A DNA stretch of 64,000 bases. It comes from Lama guanicoe (taxonomy: Eukaryota). Below, piece after piece: positions 1-10,239 of the stretch. Location of the stretch: NCBI GenBank assembly GCA_013239625.1, contig MU053881.1, positions 15,244,373 to 15,308,372 on the forward strand, read 5' to 3'. How positions within the stretch are numbered: position 1 is the first letter of the stretch; each line of letters starts with the position of its first letter. The notes beneath the pieces were generated by a model. That model was not told the origin of the DNA and searched no databases. It worked only from the letters and a program-made list of their open reading frames with translations. A program made the translations under genes and the position numbers.

Positions 1-1050
1 TGTAACCTCTTCAGAAAGGCCCCCTCCCCTGACCACCTAAATCAGCTTTGCCTCTGTTCACTAATGCTTTGCCTGGGCTGACTCCTTGGCACAGTTCTTA
101 GTACAATCAGCTGCTTCCTTACAATTTATCTTTTACTCATTTATCTTGTACCCATTTGTCTCCTGCACTTGATCGAGCTTGAGTGGAGTGGTTTCAGTCT
201 ATCTTGTTACTTTGCATCCTCAGTGCCCAGCCAAGGCCTGGCACAAAGTGGGTACTCCCTGAATACATTCAGGGGCACCTGTAGTTGTTCAGATCCGCCT
301 TTGGGTGGTGGTGTTCATAGGGGATACATCTTACTCACTGCTCGAGCTGGGCACTCGGTCCTCCAGACCCTCATAAGAGTTCCTCAGGGTAGACAGGCAA
401 GCAAGTGTGGGGAAGGAGCTGGACTTGGCACACCTCAACAATTCCAAGCTCCTAAATAGGAAAAAGTAGAACCTGGGAGATGTGAGTGAAAATGTTCTTC
501 ACAACTTACTTGTTAATCCCTGCTCTTTCTATAGGAAAGGAGAGAGGCACCATTAACATGAAGGGAGGTACCACAAACAGGAGGACTAATGGGACACTTC
601 TAGGTCAGGGGCGCTTGGTTGCAGGGGGACAGGACTCTGGGCTGCTGGCGTTTGGAAAGGTGACTCCAATGTGGGAAGAGACAGCAGGATGGTGTTAGAG
701 ACAAAGTCTGATAACTACAGAAATAGGAGTACTGAGAGATGAGTGGAGATGGATAGAGACTGAGACCCAAAAGTGTCTCAGAAAGAAAAACAGAGGAACA
801 GGAAGATAGAGAAGCACAGAGACAGACAGAGAGGGATGTCCCCAGCTGCCCTTGTCCCCATGATGCCCACTGGCGTCATGACCACCATCCAATTGCTTGG
901 TATCCGCAAGAATGTCCTGCCACCCATTCCCTGAACTGTTCTCATCACCCCATAGCATGTTTCCTGTGGGAACTGAGGCCAGGGAGGGCTCTTCCCAAAG
1001 TTACCAGCTCCATCCTGGGCATCACAGGGGTCAGGTCAGACAGTTTCATT

Positions 1051-1056
1051 TTTATT
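1051..1056 (-). terminator. GDF15 polyadenylation signal
   Basis: AATAAA on minus strand ~250 nt after the stop, downstream of the ARE cluster. Confidence 0.75.
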
Positions 1057-1070
1057 ACCAGAGTTTTACA

Positions 1071-1165
1071 TAAATGCACACTCTGTCAGACCATCCCACC
1101 CCAGCCCTCTAGGCCCAGGGAAGATCACCCCAATAAATTAGTAATAAATAACAAATTTATAAATA
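1071..1165 (-). promoter_or_regulatory. AU-rich element cluster in GDF15 3'UTR
   Basis: Minus strand reads tATTTAtaaatttgttATTTAttactaATTTAttg, with a fourth ATTTA at 1071-1075. Confidence 0.7.
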
Positions 1166-1302
1166 CAGCGGTTTGGACGGGAGGGGGCAGATAGCAGTGG
1201 TTAGAAATCGGGTCCTTCAGGTTCCACGAGCCCATTAAAAAGGCAAGGACGACTTAAGTCACTTCCTTTGCGCACGTGCCATAAGTGAAGGACCGGGGCC
1301 GC

Positions 1303-1946
1303 TCATACGCAGTGGCAGTCCTTGGCCACAAGGTCGTCGAAGGGCGTGAGTGACACGCTGCCCTCGCTGTCTCGGTGCATGAGCACCACCGGCTCGTAGC
1401 TTGCCGGCACGCAGCACGGCGCAGGTGCAGCATCAGGATTCAAGCCATGCAGGCGCGCCTGCATCTGCGCGTGCGTGTTAGCCGACCGGAAGTGTCCCGG
1501 ACAAGCGCCGATGCACATGCGCACGTCCAGCTCGCGCGGCGCCACCACCCAGTCCGCCCAGCCCAGGTCCTCGACCGAAGCGCGCAGGCTCTGCAGGCGG
1601 CAGCAGCGCCCCCGCCCGAGCGGGCAACCGTCCCGGGTGCTCGCATTCGCGTGGCGACGTCCCCTGGCGGCTCTTGACCGCCAGTGCAGCTCAAGCTGGG
1701 GCTGTGTAGAAGGCAACGCCTCCAGCAAGTGGTCCTCACGCGGCAGTAGTCGCAGGCGTATTACGGGAGCCCGGGAGCCTCCGAGGCTGAGCTGACGCTG
1801 TAGTGACCGTGTCACGTCCCACGAGTTCCTCGCCGTTGGGGACAGCCGGAGAAGGGCCCGATGCAGGCGGGAGGATGCGAGGAGCCCCTCAGTTAAGTCG
1901 ACCCGGGGGATGCGCAGGTGCAGGTGGCCACCTGGCCCAAGTCGCA
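1303..1946 (-). CDS. GDF15: GDF15 coding exon 2 (propeptide, RGRR furin site, 9-Cys TGF-beta mature domain)
   Basis: Acceptor tctctcccatag|TG joins exon 1 in frame (PK-LRLGPGGHLHLR). Mature domain CPLGRGRCC...LGWADWV...CIGAC...APCCVPASYEP...AKDCHCV*. 292+644=936 nt = 311 aa + stop. CpG-rich exon. Confidence 0.97.
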
Positions 1947-2755
1947 CTATGGGAGAGAGCGAAGAAAGCCAGTCACCCACTGGGCTACTGTGGGCCAGTC
2001 ACAGGGGTGCCCATTTCCTCCAACACCTCAAGCTGGATCCCACCTCAGGACCTTTGCACAAGCTACTTCCTCTACCACTCACTCTTTCCCCCTGAATCTC
2101 AGCATGGCTGGTTACATATCCCTCCATCCTGCCTAAAATAGACACGGCCCTATTTTCTTTGGTTGTCTATCATTTGTCTCCCCTACTAGAAGTTCAGCAG
2201 GAATTTATGTCTGCTTGGTCACCACTGTGCCTGGCACACAGTAGGTGCTCAGTAAATACTTGCAGAAATTATGTATATCAGCTCTGTAGGGAGACTGAGA
2301 TTTCAACACTGCCTCTGCCTCCTCCTGACAGTCAACATTTTTATCAAAGGCTAAGAGCCCAGGGCTGGGGATACAGCAACCAGCTACTGTGTTCAACTGT
2401 CTGGGTCTCAGTTTCTATATCTGAGAAATGAAGAGTACGCGGCTCCCCAGAATTCTCAGACCTCCAGGTTGGTACAGATGTTGGGAAGATTGGGGAGACT
2501 GAGGTTTGAGGGCTCTCGACCCAGTCAGTAGGCTTAGAGACGGCGAGAGGTTTACCTGGAGTCTCACAGCACAAGTGGCATTAGGGCAGGGTAAGAGCTC
2601 TTTCCTGTCCCCTCAACCCCTCCCAGTTTCTAGCGCAGCCCAGCTCTCCTTGCATCTTTTCTGCCACCCGGACCGTCGGTGAAGGGCGTGAAAATACTCC
2701 ACTCCCTTTCTAAGGCACCAGTAGTCACCTGATACTTCGGCAGTGTCTTGGCGCG

Positions 2756-2764
2756 ATTGCATCA
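2756..2764 (-). promoter_or_regulatory. Candidate C/EBP-ATF response element (CARE/AARE) in GDF15 intron
   Basis: Exact ATTGCATCA (TGATGCAAT on minus strand), the ATF4-C/EBP composite consensus. GDF15 is a known integrated-stress-response target. Function here is inferred. Confidence 0.55.
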
Positions 2765-3177
2765 GATTCGTAACCAGCCCAAGGAGGTTCTGCCCATCTC
2801 TATGAACGAATCTCTCCCCGCCTCCTTCCCCACTTCCGCCGGACCCCTGGATCCTCCCTCCTGGAATCCCCCAACTACCCTTCCCTTACTTCCAAGGGCA
2901 GAGACCACGCCCCCCGCCCGACCGTGTCTCCGGGTTCTCCAGGCTCTACAAGCCTGCAGTAGAACCGATGGATTCTCTGGGATTTAGTTTTCCCATCTGC
3001 GATCCCCGGAGGTGTTGTAACATCTCAGGTAGGCTGAGCCTCGTCTTGTCGCGATGCATACCTGGCCACTAGCTCCCCACCTCAGCCCCGAAGGGGGACA
3101 TTCTTGCCCGGTTCACAGATGGGGAAACTGAGGCTCGGGGGCAGACCTAGGCTTCTGTGTCTCAAAACCACTGGTTA

Positions 3178-3309
3178 TTGGGGGGGGGATATAGCTCAGT
3201 GGTACAGTGCATGCTTAGCATGCGTGAGGTCCTGGATTCAATCCCCAGTACCTCAATTATAATAAATAAAGAAAAAAAGAAAAATCTAATTACCAGCCCC
3301 CCCCCAATA
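3178..3309 (+). mobile_element. tRNA-derived SINE (Vic-1-like) in GDF15 intron
   Basis: A box TAGCTCAGTGG, B-box-like GGATTCAATCC, A-rich tail. 14-bp TSD AAAACCACTGGTTA at 3164-3177 and 3310-3323. Confidence 0.9.
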
Positions 3310-3368
3310 AAAACCACTGGTTAGATGATGGGAGCCGCTCAGGATGGGATCTGGGAAATTTCACTTAC

Positions 3369-3660
3369 GCTTTGGAGTGAGTATCTGGACTTGAGGGACG
3401 GTGATGAGGTCCGGGTTCCAGTCCTCCCAGGTCTGGTTCGCTCGAAGCCGGGTCAGGAAATTTTCGTAGCGTTTCCGCAACTCCCGGAATCTGGAGATAT
3501 CCGGACTGGAGTGCACGTCAGAGGGTCCCGGCAAGGCTGGGAGTTGATCCTGGGCCAGAAATAGGGCGCCTCCCGACGGTAGCCAGGAGAGCATCAGCAG
3601 CATCAGCAGCACCAGCAGCACCGGAGAGCGGTGCAGTGGTGTCTGTAGCTGCCCGGGCAT
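3369..3660 (-). CDS. GDF15: Growth/differentiation factor 15, coding exon 1 (signal peptide and start of propeptide)
   Basis: Translates MPGQLQTP...LLVLLMLLMLSWLPSGGAL...SRFRELRKRYENFLTRLRANQTWED...ILTPK. Start context is CAGCCATGC. Phase-1 donor AAGC|GTAAGT with the intron starting at 3368. 292 nt. Confidence 0.96.
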
Positions 3661-3714
3661 GGCTGTGCTAGTTAAGCTCTAAGCTGGGACTGACCGGACG
3701 CTGCTGGACTGCCC

Positions 3715-3745
3715 TTTATAATCCTCGGACTTTGTCCGCCCCCGC
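3715..3745 (-). promoter_or_regulatory. GDF15 core promoter: TATA box plus EGR1/Sp1 GC box
   Basis: TATAAA at 3715-3720 and GCGGGGGCG at 3737-3745 (minus strand), 55-85 nt upstream of the ATG. A forkhead-like TGTTTAC lies at ~3769-3775. Confidence 0.75.
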
Positions 3746-5634
3746 CTGCCTGGTCCCGTGGATGCAGAGTAAACACTCCAGGGACCACACTGGGCGAGGT
3801 CTTGGGCTGCTTTTCAGGGGGTGGCGCTTTTGATGGGGGGTGGGTGCTCCTAGGTATGCTGGGAAACGCCCCCGCCGCAGGAGCCTCTTTGAGCCTCACT
3901 ATCCTTTTCTGTGAAATGGGGACAGCATTCCAGCTTGGTGGGCTGATGGGAAGAATACTTTTCTCAAAAAAGATTTATTACTATGTGCTAAACACCATAG
4001 CAGAAGTTTAAGAGGTGACCTTCCCTGATTGGAGTCCCATCTCTCCCCTCTCAGCTCAGGATCAAAGGCTGAAGACAGTGAAAAACAAACCTAGAGGAAA
4101 AAAGAGCCTGAAAGAGTCAGGACATGCAACCTGGGGGCAAGTCATTCCTTTCCATCATACCTCTGTTTCTTCATCTGAAAAATAAAGACTGAGACTTTCA
4201 CAGGCAAGAAGGGCAAATGAGGCATAAAGGACAGGATCAGGCACATAGCAGGTGCTTGATCAACTGGGTATTTTTACAGTTACTCAGCCTCAACTGGGGG
4301 ACTCCTACCTATTCTTCAAAACCCTTCTCTAAAAGCCCCTTTTCTAGGAAGCCTTCTCTGACATTAGCTCTTCACCAGAGTGCTCCCAACCCCATCCTTT
4401 CCTCCAGCCCAGCCCTGACCCCACAGCACTGAGAGTGTGTGTGCTTGGCTCTGTCTGCCCCAGACTAGGGGCTTCTTGAGGCCTTGGGCAGGGATGAAGC
4501 TACTCTGGGCCCTAATCCCTTGGCTGCACCCAAAGAGGAGGTAGCAGGGACTTGGGATGCTGGGGCCTAGGGCAGGGAGGGCTGGTGTCAGGTCCAGCCA
4601 CCAGATGATGGAGAGGCAAGGGGTGCCCAAGGAACACCCTTCCCTCAGGGGCACCCAAACCTTGTTCCACTGCTCAGGACTCCTGGCCCCAAGCATCAAT
4701 CCCTGTGCCTGCCTCCAGCTTCCTGGCCTCAGAGAGGGTAGGCAACTATGCAAGGCAAACTGTAGGGGTATGTAAAGTCTGACAGGGGGTGCGCAGACAA
4801 GAAGTACAAGGACTTGCTGGGGGTTACACAGCCAGGCTCCCACTGGAAGAATGGGGTCCAAGCCTCTCCCACCTCCCAGTACACACCCCTCACTTGCTGT
4901 GTGAGCCGAGCCAAGCCTCCAGCACCCCCTGAGTTTCAGTCTGAGCCTCTGTGCTGTTGGATTGTCACCTAGCTATGGGAGGGGTCCAGAGGATCCCCCG
5001 GTGATGCTCTGGGCTTAGGAAACACAACTGGTCACGCTACCATCCTGATGGGTGCTCGCTGGGAGGCTGAGCCTCTTGCACCATCAGCTTGGCACCCACA
5101 GTAAGTGCTCAGTAGAGGCTGCAGGGCTGATGAGACCTAGGGCTGGGGCCCCGCTCCACAGCCACCCCACCACTCCCCCTACAGAGGCCGGGCCCCAGAG
5201 GCAAGCCAGATGCTGAATCAATACTAACATGGCCCGGGCAGGTCAGCAGAGGCCACTGATACCCAGGCCTGACTCGGGGTGAGTGGGGCAAACGTGGTAC
5301 TGTCTCAGGCGGCATCACTGCAAGATCAATAATGGTGAAAAGCCAACATTTGCTGGAGTCCAGGCATGGGCACTGCTCACACGCACTTCCATTAATGGGT
5401 AAAGGAATTAAGCCTCAGGGGGGCAAATATGTGTGTAGGGTCGTGGGAGGGCGACTCCACAATGGGGAACTTGCACATACCCAGCTTTCTACTGGGCCAT
5501 CTGTTTACCTGGCATTTCTAGGCTTGTGGTGGGATTCTGAATTTCCCTCCATCTGTGACTAGTTTTTCTCCAAATTTAAAAGCCTCATGAAGAATTTGCC
5601 CTGATTCATGTTTCAGCAGCCTGAACAGCTGTTG

Positions 5635-6820
5635 GCTCCAGAGAAGTCAGTGGGTTCACACTCCCGCCTCTCTTTTCCCTGGGACAAGGGGCTTCAACCC
5701 TCAGAGCCTCAGTTTCTCCATCTACAAAGAGTGGTATCAGCAGCCCCTTTCCTGACAGGGTCATGTGTGAATGGGAATTCCGCACACACTGGTGGGGATC
5801 AATATGATCACGATTCAAATCCCAGCACCCACCCCACCTTACTGTGTGACCATGGACAAGTTACTCAACCTCTCTGTGCATCAGAACAAAGAGCTATAAG
5901 GGAGAACACTCGGTGGGGAAATCCTCTTATCATTCTCATCCAGCGCACTCACAGCAGCCACCACCCACCAGGTCACCCACCAAGGACAGAACTACCAGTG
6001 ATTCGGAGCCCTCTCTGCCAGCCGATGACCCCAGGCTGAGGGGGACCCTGGTGGACACCAGCTTCTCACAAAGACACACAAGAAACCACATAGTTCAACT
6101 GTTTATTTGCTTTCTGAGGTGTCAAGTTTGGGGTCTCCCAGGGCCCAGACCCTAGCAAAGCCTGACAGACCCTTGCCCGGTCTGGGGTCCCAGACAGGGG
6201 GGTTTCAGACAAGGCACTCACAGGAGTCTCCCCGGGGGGTCAGGGAGAAGCCACCCCGAGGCTGCAGGGGCTGGACTCTCCTTTGGGGACAGGACACAGA
6301 GTCACCTTCAGCAGGAAGGGTTTTTCCAAGAGAGAGATTTGGGACAAGATACAAGCCTGAGCTGTTAAGGGAGTCCTGGAAACATGCCAGGTACCCTCTG
6401 GGCAGGCAGAAAGCCAACTCTGCTTCCCAAGGTCCAGATGGGGCCTCCTGCAGCATCCAGCCAGGACTTCGGAGCAGAGGGCACAATTTCAAAGCTACTT
6501 TCTCTGGGATTTTCCTCAGACAAAGTGTGTAGGACACAGAAGCCTGTGATGAGCTTGGGTGAGCCCGTCCCGGGCAGTGGGGGGCCAGGGCCACCTCCCA
6601 GAGCCTGAGGGTGCTTCTCTCTTTCCTGTCCCGTCCCCTTTCTCTGTGACCCATGTGTACCAGAGAGGCAGGCACTTCTGTGGATCTCTGGGCAGTTGAA
6701 GGGAAGGCCTGGGTGAGGAGAGGGAGGACGGGAAATGGATTTTAAGTAGGGGGAGCAGCTGGGGCTGGACTGGGGCCCCTCGAGGTCTGGAGCCCTGGAT
6801 ACTCAGCTTGTGACCACTGA
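5635..6820. repeat. Segmental duplicate, copy A (of 28787-29940), containing a copy of the PGPEP1 3' end
   Basis: Direct repeat. 5966-6440 matches 29157-29631 with one mismatch, and 6523-6705 matches 29643-29825 with one mismatch. Flanks are more diverged. Confidence 0.95.
6102..6107 (-). terminator. Duplicated poly(A) signal upstream of GDF15
   Basis: AATAAA and GU-rich downstream element identical to those at 29293. Confidence 0.55.
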
Positions 6821-6929
6821 GCCTCAGATTCCTCATCTGTTAAAGGTCTTGTAGGGGAGGACTCGTAAGGACCGGGTCTGTTAGATTGTGTGCTCTGCAC
6901 TCATTTGGAATTAAGTTTCAAGACATGGA

Positions 6930-7665
6930 CCTTGTGGAGAAAAGGAATCCTCCTATACTGTTGGTGGGAACGTAATTTGGTGCGGCCACCACGGAGAACA
7001 GTATGAGGCTTCCCTAAAAAGCTAGAAATAGAGTTACCATGTGATCTAGCAATCCCACCTCTGGGCATATATCCAGATAAAACTGTAACTCGGAAAGATG
7101 CATGCACCCCAATGTTCATAGCAGCACTATTTACAATAGCCAAGACATGGAAGCAACCTAAATGTCCATCCACAGGTGACTGGATAAAGAAGTCATGGTT
7201 TATTTATACAATGGAATACTTCTTGGCCATAAAAAGCAATGAAATAATGACATTTGCAGCAACATGGAGGGACCTGAAGATCATCCTAAGTGAAGAGAGA
7301 AAGACAAATGTCATATGATATCACTTACATGTGGAATCTAAAAAATGATACAAAATGAACTTATTTACAAACCAGAAATAGATTCACAGACAGAAGACAA
7401 ACAGTGGTTACCAAAGGGGAAAGAGATTGGGGGGAGGGATAAATTAGGAGTTTGGGATTAACATATACACACCACTATATATAAAGTAGAGAAGCAACAG
7501 GACCTACTGTATAGCACAGGGAACTATATTTCAATCTCTTGAAATAATCTATAATTGCAAAGAACCTGAAAAAGAATATATATATGTATAATGAAATCAT
7601 TTTGTGCTTTACCTGAAACTAACACAACATTGTAAATCAACTATAATTCAATGGAAAAAAAAAAA
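6930..7665 (+). mobile_element. 5'-truncated L1 (ORF2 C-terminus and 3'UTR) near the duplication junction
   Basis: MFIAALFTIAKTWKQPKCP motif and poly(A) tail. TSD AAGACATGGA at 6920-6929 and 7666-7675. Confidence 0.9.
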
Positions 7666-7859
7666 AAGACATGGATCTTAGCCAATGCCCCCCTCACCCT
7701 CAATGCTGCCATTCTGACCTGAGGGCCTTGAATCGGCCCAGACCTTCAATTGGCATAACTGCGGTCATACAAGGGGGTGTCAAGAACTCTGGACTGGGCA
7801 CCTGCTGCCCTCTCTGGCAGACCCTGTGTATCAGGGACCTGGACACGACCTCTGGGTCC

Positions 7860-10120
7860 AGTGAGTTGACCCCCAGCTGCGGCTGCAGGGACTATGAGAC
7901 TCCCAGCAGACTTGGTGTGACTGGGGACAGAGGAAGCAGGGCCTGGATTAAAGTGGGATTTCTCATCAGCAAGGGGCAGTCTAGGCCAGAGGTTCCCTGG
8001 GGGAGGGAGAGAGGAAGGCCAGTCAACCAGGACCTACTGTGTGCCGGGCTGGGGTTCCCCATTTCCTCCAACACCTCACGCTGGATCCCACCTCAGGACT
8101 TTTATACAAGCTGCTTCCACTACCAGCCTGAATCTCAGCATGGCTTGTTACACATCCCTCCAGTCTGCCTAAAGAAGGTACCACCTTCTTTTATTTGGTT
8201 GTCTATCATTTGTTCGCCTTGCTAGAATCTCAGCAGGTATTTCTGTCTGTTTGGTCGTCACTGTGCTCAGTAAATACTTGCAGGAATGAATGTATATCTG
8301 CTCTGTAGAGAGACCGGAATTCCAGTGCTGGCTCTGCCTCCTCCTTCTGGCCGTCAAAATCATTTTTACTGATGGTCTACTAAGTGCCCAAGGCTGGGGA
8401 TACAGCAACCAGCTTCTGTGTTTTCAACTCTCTGGGTCTTGGTTTCCATATCTGAGGGAGGAAGGGTACCAGACCACACAGGTCACCCAGTTTCCAGAAT
8501 CCATGGACCCCAAGGATCCCTAGGCCTCCCTCAGAGTGGTCCCGATCTTGGGGACAAGTGTAGGTTGGGGCATGGTTCTAGGACCCTCAACCTAGTTTCT
8601 AGGCTCAGAGAGGACAGGAGTTTACTTGGTGTCACACAGCACAGGTGGGATTAGGGAGGGATTAAAGTACTCTTCTGGGTCTGACACTTCCCCCACCTCA
8701 TCCCCCACACAAACTCCTCACAGATCCTTCTGCCCACTGGAACCTCCATGGAATGAAATGAGTTGAAAGGAAAACTCTGGAGGGCACCTGCTACTGGTGA
8801 CTTCAGCATGCTGGCCCATGATTGCTTCAAATCTGGAAGCAAACTGGGCAGGTTCTGCCAACCCACCTCTTCCCTCCCCTCAGCACGCATCCCTGGGTCC
8901 CAGTTCCTGGATTCCCTCCTCCCTTCAGTCAGGGGCAGGAATCACGCCCTCCTGGTGATTTTGTCTCTGAGTTCTTCAGGTGCTGCGCCTCTTCAGGAGA
9001 GTCGCTGTTCTCTCAGGTTCCCCATCTGCATTCTGGGGAGGGGTTGTAACAGTCCTACATTGGCTGAGCCCCACCCTGTCCTGACACAAATGAAGCCGCT
9101 AACCCCCCTATCAGTCCCAAGGAAGGAACGGGTGCTCCTGCTGGGTTCACAGACCAGAAACTGAGGCTTAGTGGCAGGTCTGGGTGTCTGATTTGGAACC
9201 ACGGGCCAGATACGGTGGCTGCCCAGGGAGTCTCTGTGCTTTCACTCACGCTTTAGGCTGAGGTCAGGGTTCCAGTCTTTGGACTTCTGGTTCACTCACA
9301 GCCTAGTCAGCAAGTCTTTGTAGCATTTCTGCAGCTCCCGGAATCTGGAGACATGAGGACCGGATTGCACCTCTGAGGGATCCTGGTCCACGGCCAGTGG
9401 CAGGGCGCACCCCAGCGGCATCAGAGAGGAGGTGGTGGCTAGCCCAGGCATGCCTATGCTAGGTTGTGATCTGAGCTGGGACTGACACCGCAGGACCTCC
9501 CTTTACAATCTAAACCTATCCACCCTGGCTTGCCCAGTATCTTCTGTCCATCCCTCCGTGCAGAATGAACACTCAAGACGTCAAAGCCAGGCCTGGTACC
9601 AGGGATGTGTTTCTGGGGAAGCTGAGGCACCACTCTGAGCCTTAGTATCTTCCTCCATAACGTGAGGACATCATCCCAGCCTGATGGGCTTGTGGAAAGA
9701 ATAATTTTGTCAAACCCCCGCACTCAAAACCCAAACTTATTAGTCTCCACTATGTGCTAAATTCTGTAACAAGGGCTTAAGAGATGGCCTTATTTCTTTT
9801 TAGGAGTCCCTCTCTCCCCTCTCAGCTTAGGATCAAAGGCTGAAGATAGTGAAAAACAAAGGAAACAGAGGAAAAAAGAGACTGAAAGCCAGAAAGAAGG
9901 TCCCAAATGAACTCTCCAAAAAAGGAAAAGAGAAGAGGAGAAAATCCCCTCCTGCCAGGTGAAGATGGGCTCTTGGGCTGGGGAGGAGGGAGCAGGAGGG
10001 GAGGGGGGGGTCTTCTCAGCTTAAAAAAAAGAGTGAAAAAAAAAGTGCAGCCTGGGGCAATTCGTTCCTCTCCATCACACCTCTATTTCTTCATCCGAAA
10101 AATAAAGACTGAGACTTCCA
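7860..10120 (-). pseudogene. Unprocessed partial GDF15 duplicate (promoter, exon 1 9451-9250, intron, 5' part of exon 2 from 7996)
   Basis: Collinear with ~1790-4200. Exon 1 translates MPGLATTSSL...PSEVQSGPHVSRFRELQKCYKDLLTRL*VNQKSKDWNPDLSLK with donor C|GTGAGT. The exon-2 remnant TLIQALLPLSPVTPSLLGVS*SLQPQL matches RLHRALLRLSPTARNSWDVTRSLQRQL. No mature domain seen. Confidence 0.9.
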
Positions 10121-10239
10121 CTGGGGAAGCCCCTCTAGCAGTCACTCCCCATTCTCCTCCCCCAGCCCTGGGCAACCGCTAATCTGCTTTCTGTCTCTGT
10201 GGATTTGCCTGTTCTGGACATTTCATATTAAACATTCTT

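Noticed and set aside
1..1000. Possible end of the neighbouring gene (LRRC25 in human synteny)
   Set aside because: No coding exon or clear poly(A) signal identifiable in this stretch.
1947..1980. N-terminal MGDWLSSLSPI of the 225-aa ORF
   Set aside because: Intronic; it lies beyond the catag acceptor at 1947 and is not part of GDF15.
3186..3256. tRNA-Ala-like sequence (and ~9 similar copies)
   Set aside because: Divergent dispersed copies with A-rich tails and TSDs indicate SINEs, not tRNA genes.
1947..3368. miR-3189-like hairpin known from the human GDF15 intron
   Set aside because: No convincing hairpin or match recognised by eye; it cannot be supported without an alignment.
6107..6675. 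Overlapping 141/156-aa ORFs repeated at 29298-29795
   Set aside because: Their similarity only reflects the DNA duplication; the indel breaks them in the second copy and there is no protein homology.
7671..8225. 184-aa plus-strand ORF
   Set aside because: Antisense to the GDF15 pseudogene, no recognisable domain, and its ATG lies in an L1 TSD; most likely chance.
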